The notes below the pieces were generated by a model. It was not told the DNA's origin and did not search any database. It saw only the letters and a program-made list of their open reading frames with translations. The position numbers and the translations under genes were made by a program. Below, piece after piece: positions 15,178-24,880 of a DNA stretch of 64,000 bases (the stretch's first letter is position 1; every line of letters starts with the position of its first letter). The DNA comes from Pseudomonadota bacterium. Lineage in GTDB: Bacteria > Pseudomonadota > Gammaproteobacteria > Burkholderiales > Gallionellaceae. The DNA is taken from assembly GCA_040390665.1 (NCBI GenBank), contig JAZJXX010000019.1, positions 76,254-140,253 on the forward strand, in the 5' to 3' direction.

Positions 15178-16032
15178 ATGCTGGTATTAGTAGGGTATGT
15201 AGTGGTTACGCTATCGGTGTTTGGCGGTTTCGCGCTTGCCGGCGGTCATCTCGCCGCACTAGTCCAGCCGATAGAGCTGGTGATGATAGGGGGCGCTGCG
15301 TTGGGTTCATTTTTTGTTGGCAACAGCGGCCAAACCATTAAAGCAACGCTGAAGGCGCTCCCCACTTTGTTGAAGGGCTCCAAATATTCCAAAGCTACCT
15401 ATATGGAATTGATGGCGTTGCTTTACGAGTTGCTAGGCAAAGTTCGCAAGGAAGGGTTGATGTCCATCGAGGGCGATGTGGAAAACCCGCATGAAAGCCC
15501 CGTGTTTTCCAAATATCCTAAAGTGCAACACGACCATCATGTGGTGGAGTTCCTGACGGATTATTTGCGTATCATGGTCAGTGGCAATCTGAACGCGATG
15601 GAAATCGAAAATCTGATGGATGTGGAAATCGAAACGCATCATCACGAAGCGTTAGTGCCTGCGCATGTGATCGGTGAACTTGGCCAGGCATTGCCGGCTT
15701 TTGGTATCGTCGCGGCAGTAATGGGGGTTGTGCATACCATGGAATCGGTCGGCCTTCCGCCTGCCGAACTGGGAATATTAATCGCGCATGCTTTGGTTGG
15801 CACCTTTCTCGGTATTCTGCTGGCCTATGGGTTCGTGGGTCCGTTGGGCAGTTTGCTGACGCAAAAGGCTGAAGAATCCAGCAAAATGCTGCAAACCGTC
15901 AAAGTGACGTTGCTGGCCAATCTGAATGGCTACGCACCTGCTATGGCAGTGGAATTCGGCCGTAAGGTATTGAATACGCCAGATCGTCCCACCTTCCTTG
16001 AGCTGGAAGCTCATGTCAAACAAAAGCGCTAG
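15178..16032 (+). CDS. motA: Flagellar stator MotA
   Basis: PAFGIVAAVMG, GTFLGILLAYG, AVEFGRK. Confidence 0.97.
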   Translation: MLVLVGYVVVTLSVFGGFALAGGHLAALVQPIELVMIGGAALGSFFVGNSGQTIKATLKALPTLLKGSKYSKATYMELMALLYELLGKVRKEGLMSIEGDVENPHESPVFSKYPKVQHDHHVVEFLTDYLRIMVSGNLNAMEIENLMDVEIETHHHEALVPAHVIGELGQALPAFGIVAAVMGVVHTMESVGLPPAELGILIAHALVGTFLGILLAYGFVGPLGSLLTQKAEESSKMLQTVKVTLLANLNGYAPAMAVEFGRKVLNTPDRPTFLELEAHVKQKR

Positions 16033-16176
16033 GCCGGGGATAGCCGCGCTAAAAAAAAGGGCGGTATATAAAACAAGTTGTTTAGTTCCGCCCGCTCCGG
16101 CTAGAGCAAACAATAAGCACTAATGCGATAGGCTGTGGCGGCGAAACTCTGACCAGATCAAAAACGGAAATCCATC

Positions 16177-17139
16177 ATGGCAAGCGACGATAAACGTCCC
16201 ATAGTAGTTAAGCGCATAAAAAAAATCACAGGCGGGGCTCACGGGGGGGCCTGGAAAATTGCCTATGCGGATTTCGTTACCGCGATGATGGCGTTCTTCC
16301 TGCTGATGTGGTTGTTGGGCTCGGTCAGTAAAGAGGATTTGTCTGGATTATCGGATTATTTCAAAACGCCGTTGCTGGTTTCGTTAATGGGGGGCAAGTC
16401 CGCAAGTGAAAGTCCCAGCAAGATTTCCGGCGGCGGACAGGATATAAACAGTAAAGAAGGCCAGGTCAGAAAGGGGGACATCAAGCCGGAAAAGAAAGTC
16501 ATATTGCAGTTGCCAATAGAAGAAATAAAACGCGTCGAAAGACTGAAGGAACTGGAAAAGCTGAAGGAGCTTAAATCCGCGGTGGAAAAAGCGATAGACG
16601 CCAGCGCACAGTTGCAGCAGTTCAAGAAACAGATACTGCTTGATATTACTACTGAAGGTTTGCGTATCCAGATTGTCGACGAAAAGAACCGTCCCATGTT
16701 TCAGGTCGGTAGCGCAAAACTTGAGTCTTACACCACTGAAATATTGCATGAAATAGGGAAACTGTTAAATCGGGTTCCCAACAAAATCAGCCTGTCCGGC
16801 CATACTGACGCTCAGCTTTATGCATTTGGTGATAAGGGTTACAGCAACTGGGAGCTATCGGCTGACAGAGCCAACGCGTCACGTCGCGAGCTCATTGCCG
16901 GCGGTATAGGTGAGGGCAAGATCGTGCGTGTAGTGGGGCTTTCTTCCGCGGTACTTTACGACAGGATTGATCCGCTGAATCCAGTAAATCGCCGTATCAG
17001 CATTATTGTAATGAACAAAAAAGCGGAAGAGGCGGCCAGTAATGATGGCGGAACTGTTGAGGTGGATGCACAGGCAGCAGATCCTTCGCAGCAAATCATC
17101 AGTGGCGTGGCTACATTGCCACCGCCGGCCAGTCATTAA
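16177..17139 (+). CDS. motB: Flagellar stator MotB
   Basis: WKIAYADFVTAMMAFF; OmpA-like domain NWELSADRA. Confidence 0.97.
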   Translation: MASDDKRPIVVKRIKKITGGAHGGAWKIAYADFVTAMMAFFLLMWLLGSVSKEDLSGLSDYFKTPLLVSLMGGKSASESPSKISGGGQDINSKEGQVRKGDIKPEKKVILQLPIEEIKRVERLKELEKLKELKSAVEKAIDASAQLQQFKKQILLDITTEGLRIQIVDEKNRPMFQVGSAKLESYTTEILHEIGKLLNRVPNKISLSGHTDAQLYAFGDKGYSNWELSADRANASRRELIAGGIGEGKIVRVVGLSSAVLYDRIDPLNPVNRRISIIVMNKKAEEAASNDGGTVEVDAQAADPSQQIISGVATLPPPASH

Positions 17140-17163
17140 AGTTTTCTAGTGCAGGGTCGTAAT
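17137..17163 (+). promoter_or_regulatory. Possible sigma-28 promoter upstream of cheV
   Basis: TAAAGTTT-N11-GTCGTAAT; the -10 box is degenerate. Confidence 0.4.
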
Positions 17164-17390
17164 GTTAGTCAGGGCCTTTGCTGATCCATAAAGGCGGTAA
17201 AAAAATAGTCAGCCGGAAATAGCGTCGGCCATAATATGTTTTCTGCCCTGTTCAGGCTATCTGAATAGTTGAGCGACTGCCAGACTGAGCCTGTTTGCCA
17301 AGCCGCAGTGTGCCGGAGCCGCCGGCCTATGTATTACTCCGCTCGACGTGTGCTTTGCGCTCTTGGGAATTAACAGTGATGGGGTTAGCA

Positions 17391-18341
17391 ATGTCCGAAT
17401 TGCTTAGAAGTATAGACGAACGAACCATGCTGGCCGGCACCAATAAGCTGGAAATCCTGATGTTCACGCTGGGTTCGGATAGCCGCAACGGTCGTCGCGA
17501 AATATTCGGTATCAATGTGTTCAAGGTGCGTGAGGTGATGCGCACACCTGCGATTACCCGTGCTCCAGAGATGCCCGATGCGGTCGAGGGTATGGTGAGT
17601 CTGCGCGGTGTGCTGGTGCCCGTGATCGATTTGGCGAAATATACCAAGGTACAAACCGCGGTCAAGCCGGAGATTATGATCGTCACCGAATACAGCGGGC
17701 ACACCCAGGGATTCCTGGTCGAGGCGGTCGATACGATATTGCGGCTGGACTGGTCTACCATGAAAGTGCCGCCAGATATGCTGAATAGCCAGATGGGAGG
17801 TTTGGTCACGGCGGTAACCGAACTGGCTGACGGACGGCTGGTGATGATGATGGATGTGGAAAAAATATTGGCTGATACCGGCAATTTGAACCATGACGCT
17901 GCATTACAGGCAATCGAGCCGCTGGCGGTCGCGGACCGCACCGTGTTTTTTGTTGACGATTCCGTGGTGGCGCGCAAGCAGATAACCAGCACTCTGGATG
18001 CGATGCGCATTCAACATATCTCGGCCATTAACGGCCGTCAGGCGTGGGCAGAATTGCAGAAGATCGCCAGCTATGCAGAAACGGCGAAAATCCCGGTTTC
18101 CAATTTAATTCAGATTATTTTAACTGACGTCGAAATGCCTGAAATGGACGGCTATATGCTGACGCGTAAGATCAAGGACGATAAACGGTTCGCGAACATT
18201 CCGGTACTGATGCATTCATCGCTTTCAAGTTCTTCCAACCAGCAGCTCGGCAAGGCGGTTGGGGTAGATGAATACGTATCCAAGCTTGAACCACAACGCC
18301 TCGCGCAAACGTTGAAACGTTTGCTGCTCGGGGGGGAATGA
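17391..18341 (+). CDS. cheV: CheV (CheW plus receiver)
   Basis: FGINVFKVREV; receiver domain ILTDVEMPEMDG. Confidence 0.93.
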   Translation: MSELLRSIDERTMLAGTNKLEILMFTLGSDSRNGRREIFGINVFKVREVMRTPAITRAPEMPDAVEGMVSLRGVLVPVIDLAKYTKVQTAVKPEIMIVTEYSGHTQGFLVEAVDTILRLDWSTMKVPPDMLNSQMGGLVTAVTELADGRLVMMMDVEKILADTGNLNHDAALQAIEPLAVADRTVFFVDDSVVARKQITSTLDAMRIQHISAINGRQAWAELQKIASYAETAKIPVSNLIQIILTDVEMPEMDGYMLTRKIKDDKRFANIPVLMHSSLSSSSNQQLGKAVGVDEYVSKLEPQRLAQTLKRLLLGGE

Positions 18342-19318
18342 TCATGTCACTGGACGAATATCGGGCGCAAACGGCCAGTAAGCTGCCGGCAGAAAACAGC
18401 AACAGCTTGCTGGATGCTGTTGACGCGCGCACCAGCCTCGCGGGCTCCAACAAGATGGAAATTCTGCTGTTTTCGCTGGGCACGCAGGAAATATTCGGTA
18501 TTAACGTTTTTAAGGTCAAGGAAGTATGCCGGGCCGTACCGATTACAAAAACCCCCAATATGCCGGTCGGCGTGGAGGGAATAGTCTCGTTACGCGGAAA
18601 AATTATTCCGGTATTGGCGCTGGCCCACTTCATCGGGCTGGAAGGCGAACTTACGCCACAGCGCACCATGATGGTGACCGAATACAGCCGCCACATACTC
18701 GGTTTCCTGGTGCATGACGTGGACCGGATCATACGCGTCGATTGGGACAAAGTACGCCCCGCCGACGGAATGCTGTCGCGCAATCAGGAAATGATTACCG
18801 CAATTACCGAGCTGCCGGATGGGAAACTGGTTTCCATACTGGATGTGGAACAGGTGCTGGCGAATGCTTTTGGCGAGGATATTGTCGGTAATGTCGACAA
18901 AATCGAAAGAGGTCATGAAATGTGCGTCTTTTTTGTCGATGATTCTACCGTCGCACGTAAGAAAATAGGCGAAGTACTGGACAGAATGGGTGTCAAGCAC
19001 ATGCATGCCAATAACGGCATGGAGGCATGGGGCCGTCTGAAAGGGCTGGCTGATACCGCACAAACTGCGGGGGCCGACTTGCATCGGCAGATCCAGGCGG
19101 TGCTGGTCGATGCGGAGATGCCGGTGATGGATGGTTATGTGTTAACCCAGAATATCAAGGCCGATAGCCGCTTCGACCATATTCCCGTGGTGATGCATTC
19201 ATCATTGTCATCTGAAGCCAACCGGGATATGGGGAAACGCGTCGGGGTAGACTACTATGTATCCAAGTTCGACGCGGCGGCATTGGCAAATACCTTGCGG
19301 CCGTTATTGCAGATTTGA
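18338..19318 (+). CDS. cheV: CheV paralog
   Basis: FGINVFKVKEV; LVDAEMPVMDG. Confidence 0.93.
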   Translation: MIMSLDEYRAQTASKLPAENSNSLLDAVDARTSLAGSNKMEILLFSLGTQEIFGINVFKVKEVCRAVPITKTPNMPVGVEGIVSLRGKIIPVLALAHFIGLEGELTPQRTMMVTEYSRHILGFLVHDVDRIIRVDWDKVRPADGMLSRNQEMITAITELPDGKLVSILDVEQVLANAFGEDIVGNVDKIERGHEMCVFFVDDSTVARKKIGEVLDRMGVKHMHANNGMEAWGRLKGLADTAQTAGADLHRQIQAVLVDAEMPVMDGYVLTQNIKADSRFDHIPVVMHSSLSSEANRDMGKRVGVDYYVSKFDAAALANTLRPLLQI

Positions 19319-19386
19319 TTCGCGCCTGATGGGGCGGACGTAGCGCTGAACATCTAGCGTTCCAGCCCTTGATACTGGAGGTTATT

Positions 19387-19773
19387 GTGGCAGATGTAAA
19401 TATGAAATTCCTGGTTGTTGACGATTTTTCAACCATGCGGCGCATTGTAAAGAACTTGCTCAAAGATCTTGGTTACACCAATGTGCAGGAAGCGGAGGAT
19501 GGTGTAGATGCGCTGAGCAGGCTGCGCGGCGGCGATTTCGATTTTGTCGTGTCGGATTGGAACATGCCCAACATGACTGGTATCGATTTGCTCAGGGCAA
19601 TACGGGCGGACGCGACGCTTAAGCATCTGCCGGTATTGATGGTGACCGCCGAGGCTAAACGCGAGAACATCATAGAAGCGGCCCAGGCGGGTGCCAATGG
19701 TTATGTGGTCAAACCATTCACTGCCGCTACGCTAGACGAGAAGCTGAAAAAAATATTCCAGACCATGCACTAG
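19387..19773 (+). CDS. cheY: CheY
   Basis: [31 protein letters not shown]. Confidence 0.97.
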   Translation: MADVNMKFLVVDDFSTMRRIVKNLLKDLGYTNVQEAEDGVDALSRLRGGDFDFVVSDWNMPNMTGIDLLRAIRADATLKHLPVLMVTAEAKRENIIEAAQAGANGYVVKPFTAATLDEKLKKIFQTMH

Positions 19774-19784
19774 GTGATGATGCC

Positions 19785-20510
19785 ATGACAAATAGAGCAG
19801 CTGTAGAGCAGGACTCGGAAGATTTGGAAGCGCTGTTCGACAGCATAGTCGCTGCCAGCAATCAGCAGGATGCTGGCGCCGCGACCGCCGCTGCGGATAG
19901 CAACCCGGCCGACAAAGTAATCAATCAGATCGGCCATATGACCCGAGCGCTGCATGACACGCTGCATGAGCTGGGCTATGACAAAAATCTGGAAAAAGCC
20001 GCTGCCTCGATTCCGGATGCGCGCGACCGGCTTAACTACGTTGCGACTATGACGGAGCAGGCCGCGGAGCGGGTGTTGAATGCTACCGAGGCGGCGCAGC
20101 CGGTGATCGAAACGATGGAGGTCGAATCGCAGCGGCTGGCCCGTGAATGGCAGAAACTTTTTGATAAGCAACTGAACGTCGAGCAGTTTAAAGCGTTGGC
20201 CATGCAGACCCATGCGTTTCTGAATGATGTTCCCCGGCAGACCAAAATCACTAATGGTTACCTGATGGAGATCATGATGGCCCAGGATTTTCAGGACCTC
20301 ACCGGGCAAGTCATCAAGAAAATCGTTGCGGTGACGCAGCAGGTGGAGAAACAACTGGTGGAATTGCTGCTTGAAAACCCGCCCTCCACGTCCTTAATTG
20401 ATGACCACGCCAGATTGATGACTGGCCCGGTAGTGAACGCAGCGCGGCATAACGATGTGGCAACCAGTCAGGATCAGGTGGACGATCTGCTGGAAAGTCT
20501 GGGGTTCTAG
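19785..20510 (+). CDS. cheZ: CheZ phosphatase
   Basis: MAQDFQDLTGQVIKK; DDLLESLGF. Confidence 0.97.
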   Translation: MTNRAAVEQDSEDLEALFDSIVAASNQQDAGAATAAADSNPADKVINQIGHMTRALHDTLHELGYDKNLEKAAASIPDARDRLNYVATMTEQAAERVLNATEAAQPVIETMEVESQRLAREWQKLFDKQLNVEQFKALAMQTHAFLNDVPRQTKITNGYLMEIMMAQDFQDLTGQVIKKIVAVTQQVEKQLVELLLENPPSTSLIDDHARLMTGPVVNAARHNDVATSQDQVDDLLESLGF

Positions 20511-20511
20511 C

Positions 20512-22398
20512 GTGAACGATTTCGCCGGCATGGAAGAATTGATGGAGGACTTCCTGACGGAAGCCTCGGATTTGCTGTCGGATGTCGATAGCAAGCTGAT
20601 CGATCTGGAGAAAACGCCGCACGACCGTGCCCTGCTTAATGTGATTTTCCGCGGTTTTCATACCATCAAGGGTGGGGCCGGTTTTCTAAACGCGACTGAA
20701 CTGGTCGCTTTATGTCATATAACCGAGAACCTGTTCGACAAGCTGCGCAACGGCGAACTGGCGCTGAATGCGAAACTGATGGATGCCATTTTCGCCGCGA
20801 CCGGGGAAGTGCGGCAAATGTTTGACGCATTGGCTCAAAGCCGTCAGCCGGATGCCGCATCTGCCGCGCTGATGGACGCCCTGCATAGCGCTCTGAAAGG
20901 CGAGGCGCAAATAGTTGCCAGCCCGCTGCGCGCAGATGTCGCCCCTGCAAGCAATATTGAATATGTAGCCGCCAGCGCTGCGTCGCTGCAGCTGGATTGG
21001 GACGCTCTATACCAGACGCTGGTAGGGCCGGTTCCGGTGTCCTTGGCGGAGGTGCCGGAGGTTGCTCCAGTACTGCATGTTGATGTCCGTGAGGCTTCGG
21101 AAACAGAACCGCCTGCGAGCGGCACGCAGGTAGTTGCCAAGCCGGAAATCAGTTCGCTGGGCCGACGCGCAACCGATATTCCAGCCGCCAAGGTTCCACC
21201 CACCGGGCGGCGCGAAAGTGACATTGCCAAGGACAATACCATCCGCGTCGACACGGATAGGCTCGATCAGGTGCTTAATTTATCCGGTGAGATCGGCCTG
21301 ACTAAAAATCGTCTGACCCATTTGCGCAGCGACATTCTGCAGGGACGTATGGATGGGGGCAGGCTCAAGGTACTGGACGAGTCAATCAGCCATCTCGATA
21401 TGCTGGTGGTGAATCTGCAAAACGCCGTGATGAAGACGCGCATGCAGCCGATCGGGCGTTTGTTCAACAAATACCCGCGTCTGGCGCGGGATCTGGCGCG
21501 CCAGCTGGGTAAGGATGTAGAGCTCGCACTGTCCGGCGAGGATACCGAGATAGATAAGACCATGATCGAAGATCTTAACGATCCGCTGGTGCATCTGATT
21601 CGCAATGCAGTGGATCATGGGGTGGAAGATCCGGCCGAACGTGCGGCAGCAGGCAAGCCGGAGAAGAGTGTGGTGCGCCTGGGGGCACATCAGGAGGGCG
21701 ACCACATCTATATAACGATAGTGGACGACGGTAAGGGTATGCACCCCGATGTCATCCGCGACAAGGCCGTGGAGAAGGGCTTGCTGAGCGCGGAGGCTGC
21801 CAGCAGCCTGGACGAGGAGCAAAGTCTGGGGCTGATCCTTTTGCCGGGATTTTCAACCAAGGATCAGGTTTCCAACGTGTCTGGGCGCGGCGTCGGCATG
21901 GATGTCGTTAAAACCAATATCGAGAAGCTGAACGGCACCATAACGATAGCTTCGGAGCCGGGAAAGGGCAGCAAATTTACCATCTCGCTCCCGCTGACCC
22001 TGGCGATCCTGCCAGTGCTTATTCTGCGCCTGCACGATCAGTCCTTTGCGGTACCGTTATCGATGGTGCGCGAGATACTTTCGATTACGCCGGATGAGTT
22101 GCAACAGGTATCCGGCAAAGCCACCATTGTGCTGCGCGGCGAGGTATTGCCGGTGTTACCGTTGGCGGGCCTGATTGGATGGGAACCCTCTGATAAATCC
22201 GAAGTGGGTGTGCTGCTTCGGGTAGGTGCCAACAGCTTTATTCTTACGGCCGAGGGTTTTGCCGGGCACGATGATGTCGTCATCAAATCGCTGGACACTT
22301 TCCGTCCCAAGGGCGTGGCCGGCGTTACCATGTCCAGCGAGGGAGAAATTGTGCTGATACTGGATGTCAAGGAACTGCTGGATGCGGCGCGCTTATAG
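20512..22398 (+). CDS. cheA: CheA histidine kinase
   Basis: IFRGFHTIKGGAG Hpt, HLIRNAVDHG, SGRGVGMDVV. Confidence 0.97.
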   Translation: MNDFAGMEELMEDFLTEASDLLSDVDSKLIDLEKTPHDRALLNVIFRGFHTIKGGAGFLNATELVALCHITENLFDKLRNGELALNAKLMDAIFAATGEVRQMFDALAQSRQPDAASAALMDALHSALKGEAQIVASPLRADVAPASNIEYVAASAASLQLDWDALYQTLVGPVPVSLAEVPEVAPVLHVDVREASETEPPASGTQVVAKPEISSLGRRATDIPAAKVPPTGRRESDIAKDNTIRVDTDRLDQVLNLSGEIGLTKNRLTHLRSDILQGRMDGGRLKVLDESISHLDMLVVNLQNAVMKTRMQPIGRLFNKYPRLARDLARQLGKDVELALSGEDTEIDKTMIEDLNDPLVHLIRNAVDHGVEDPAERAAAGKPEKSVVRLGAHQEGDHIYITIVDDGKGMHPDVIRDKAVEKGLLSAEAASSLDEEQSLGLILLPGFSTKDQVSNVSGRGVGMDVVKTNIEKLNGTITIASEPGKGSKFTISLPLTLAILPVLILRLHDQSFAVPLSMVREILSITPDELQQVSGKATIVLRGEVLPVLPLAGLIGWEPSDKSEVGVLLRVGANSFILTAEGFAGHDDVVIKSLDTFRPKGVAGVTMSSEGEIVLILDVKELLDAARL

Positions 22399-22486
22399 CT
22401 GGTCGGTGAGCGTTTACTGTGCCTCTATATGTAGCGTCTTTACAATTTGCCGGTCTTAGCGGTACTGCGTCTCCCGAGATAATTCC

Positions 22487-23392
22487 GTGAGTTCGAATCC
22501 TCCTTCGAGCGATGCCGCTCATCGTGAATTTGCATATACGGAAAGCGATTTCGAACGCATCCGGCAATTGATCTTCAAGCACGCCGGCATCGCGCTCAAC
22601 CCATCCAAATACGATATGGTTTATAACCGCCTGGCGCGCCGTCTGCGTGCCACGCGAACGACCAGTTTCAACGAATATCTGGCGCTGCTCGACAGCAGTC
22701 TGAGCAACGAATGGCAAGCGTTTGTTAATTCGCTGACGACCAATCTGACTTCGTTTTTCCGCGAAGCGCATCATTTTCCGCTGCTGGCCGAACATATGCT
22801 GAAGCACCGCCATCGCCGAGTCGCGCTGTGGTGTTCGGCCGCGTCGACCGGTGAAGAGCCTTATTCAATGGCGATGACTGCGGTGGATGCTTATGGCAGC
22901 TTTACGCCGCCAGTCACGATAATCGCCAGCGATATCGATACGCATGCGCTGAAACAAGGCGAGGCAGGTATTTATCCGGTGGAGCATGTCGAAAAACTTC
23001 CGGCGGAAACAGTCCGGCGTTTTTTCATCCGCGAAACGGGTGAGTCCCAGGACCATGTGCGCGTGCGCCCCGAACTGCGTGCAATGGTCACCTTTCGTCA
23101 GGTGAATCTGGTAGACGGCAACTGGCCGTTGCGCGGCCCACTCGACGCAATCTTCTGCCGCAACGTAATGATATATTTCGATAAGGAAACGCAACTCGGA
23201 ATATTGCATAAATTTGCGCCTTTGATGCAGCCTGACGGTTTACTGTTTGCCGGACACTCCGAAAGTTTCCGTCACGCGGCGCATCTTTTCAGGCTGCGCG
23301 GCAGGGCAGTGTATGAGCGTTATTCATCCGACCCGGCCAATGCGGGTGACAGGCCGGGCGTAGTGGTCGCCGACACGCTCAAAAAAAAATAA
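22487..23392 (+). CDS. cheR: CheR methyltransferase
   Basis: TTNLTSFFRE, STGEEPYS, IFCRNVMIYFD. Confidence 0.95.
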   Translation: MSSNPPSSDAAHREFAYTESDFERIRQLIFKHAGIALNPSKYDMVYNRLARRLRATRTTSFNEYLALLDSSLSNEWQAFVNSLTTNLTSFFREAHHFPLLAEHMLKHRHRRVALWCSAASTGEEPYSMAMTAVDAYGSFTPPVTIIASDIDTHALKQGEAGIYPVEHVEKLPAETVRRFFIRETGESQDHVRVRPELRAMVTFRQVNLVDGNWPLRGPLDAIFCRNVMIYFDKETQLGILHKFAPLMQPDGLLFAGHSESFRHAAHLFRLRGRAVYERYSSDPANAGDRPGVVVADTLKKK

Positions 23393-23728
23393 TCCGGACT
23401 GTTGAGAAGCTGAATACGGTGGACGCATGCATGAATAAGAACGCCGGCGAAGAAACCGGCCATCGAAATAGCTTAAAAATTTCACCGGCTACGCTCAGGC
23501 GCGAGAAATCGCGCAGCAGCGATCACATCCGTAAACCAGCAGGACCGGCTGGGGCGGCCGGGCAGTCATCCCATTGCTGATACGTGGATATGGAACTGTG
23601 ATCCACTGACACAGCAGACTGCAGATAGTGTCCGCTAGGCCGGGGATTGAATAAACCTACAAAGCAGGCTGTATTCGCAGGATTAAATGGATCCGTTTTG
23701 CAGATAATTCCATGACCAGGGAGTAGTC

Positions 23729-24880
23729 ATGGCTGAAGACAGTGATCTAGAAAAAACCGAACAACCCTCGCAGCGGCGTCTGGACCAGGCGCGCGAGGAA
23801 GGGCAGGTTGCGCGTTCGCGTGAGCTGACTACATTTACGGTGCTGCTGGCCGGCGGCGCGGGCTTGGCAATCATGGGCCCGGCGCTGTCCGGTCAGCTCA
23901 CCAAGCTGGTGCGCGACGGTCTTACCCTGAATGCCGAACTGGCTTTTCATCCAGAATTGCTTTTGCCGCATTTATATACCCTGTCGATAGACGCGTTGTG
24001 GGCTTTTACGCCGCTATTGCTGCTGTTGCTCGCGACCGCCGCGCTTTCTCCCTTGCTCCTTAACGGCTGGCTGTTCAGCTTGAAGCCGCTGCAACCCAAT
24101 TTTTCCAAGTTGAATCCGGTCGCCGGCCTGGGCCGCATGTTCGCGTTGCACGGCCTGGTCGAACTCGGCAAGGCCCTCGCGAAATCAGTCATCGTGGGCG
24201 GGGTGGGGGCGTGGGTCATCTGGCACAACAGGGATGGGGTAATGGCACTGATCACGCAACCGGTGGCCTCCTCTATCCCTCATCTGGGCCATATGTTATG
24301 GCTGGCTTTTGCCGCCATTATGGGCGGCATGCTGCTGATAGTGGCGGTTGATGTCCCATTCCAGCTGTGGGAGCACAACAAAAAATTAAAGATGACCAAG
24401 GAGGAAGTGCGCCAGGAAGCCAAGGAATCGGAGGGAAACCCGGAGGTCAAGGGCCGCATACGCAGTATGCAGCGTGAAATGGCTCGCCGTCGCATGATGG
24501 CGGAAATCCCTACGGCCGATGTGGTGGTCACCAATCCTACGCACTACGCAGTGGCTTTGCGATACACCGAAAACGGTATGAGTGCGCCAGTGGTCGTTGC
24601 CAAGGGCTCGCATTTCCTGGCGGCGCGTATCCGCGAAATCGCGGCCGAGCACAATGTTCCTATTCTGGAGGCGCCCCCGCTGGCGCGTGCGCTGCACAAA
24701 CATACCGAGTTGGGAGCAACCATCCCGGAAGCGCTTTATATCGCGGTGGCCGAAGTGCTGGCCTACGTTTATCAATTGCGCCGTTACCATAAAGGCGATG
24801 CCGATATGCCGCGACAACCACAGGATTTACCCGTCCCGCCGCAGCTTGATCCCGCGACGGTTGATCAGGAAAGGACATGA
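23729..24880 (+). CDS. flhB: FlhB
   Basis: EKTEQPS, TNPTHYAVAL cleavage motif. Confidence 0.97.
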   Translation: MAEDSDLEKTEQPSQRRLDQAREEGQVARSRELTTFTVLLAGGAGLAIMGPALSGQLTKLVRDGLTLNAELAFHPELLLPHLYTLSIDALWAFTPLLLLLLATAALSPLLLNGWLFSLKPLQPNFSKLNPVAGLGRMFALHGLVELGKALAKSVIVGGVGAWVIWHNRDGVMALITQPVASSIPHLGHMLWLAFAAIMGGMLLIVAVDVPFQLWEHNKKLKMTKEEVRQEAKESEGNPEVKGRIRSMQREMARRRMMAEIPTADVVVTNPTHYAVALRYTENGMSAPVVVAKGSHFLAARIREIAAEHNVPILEAPPLARALHKHTELGATIPEALYIAVAEVLAYVYQLRRYHKGDADMPRQPQDLPVPPQLDPATVDQERT

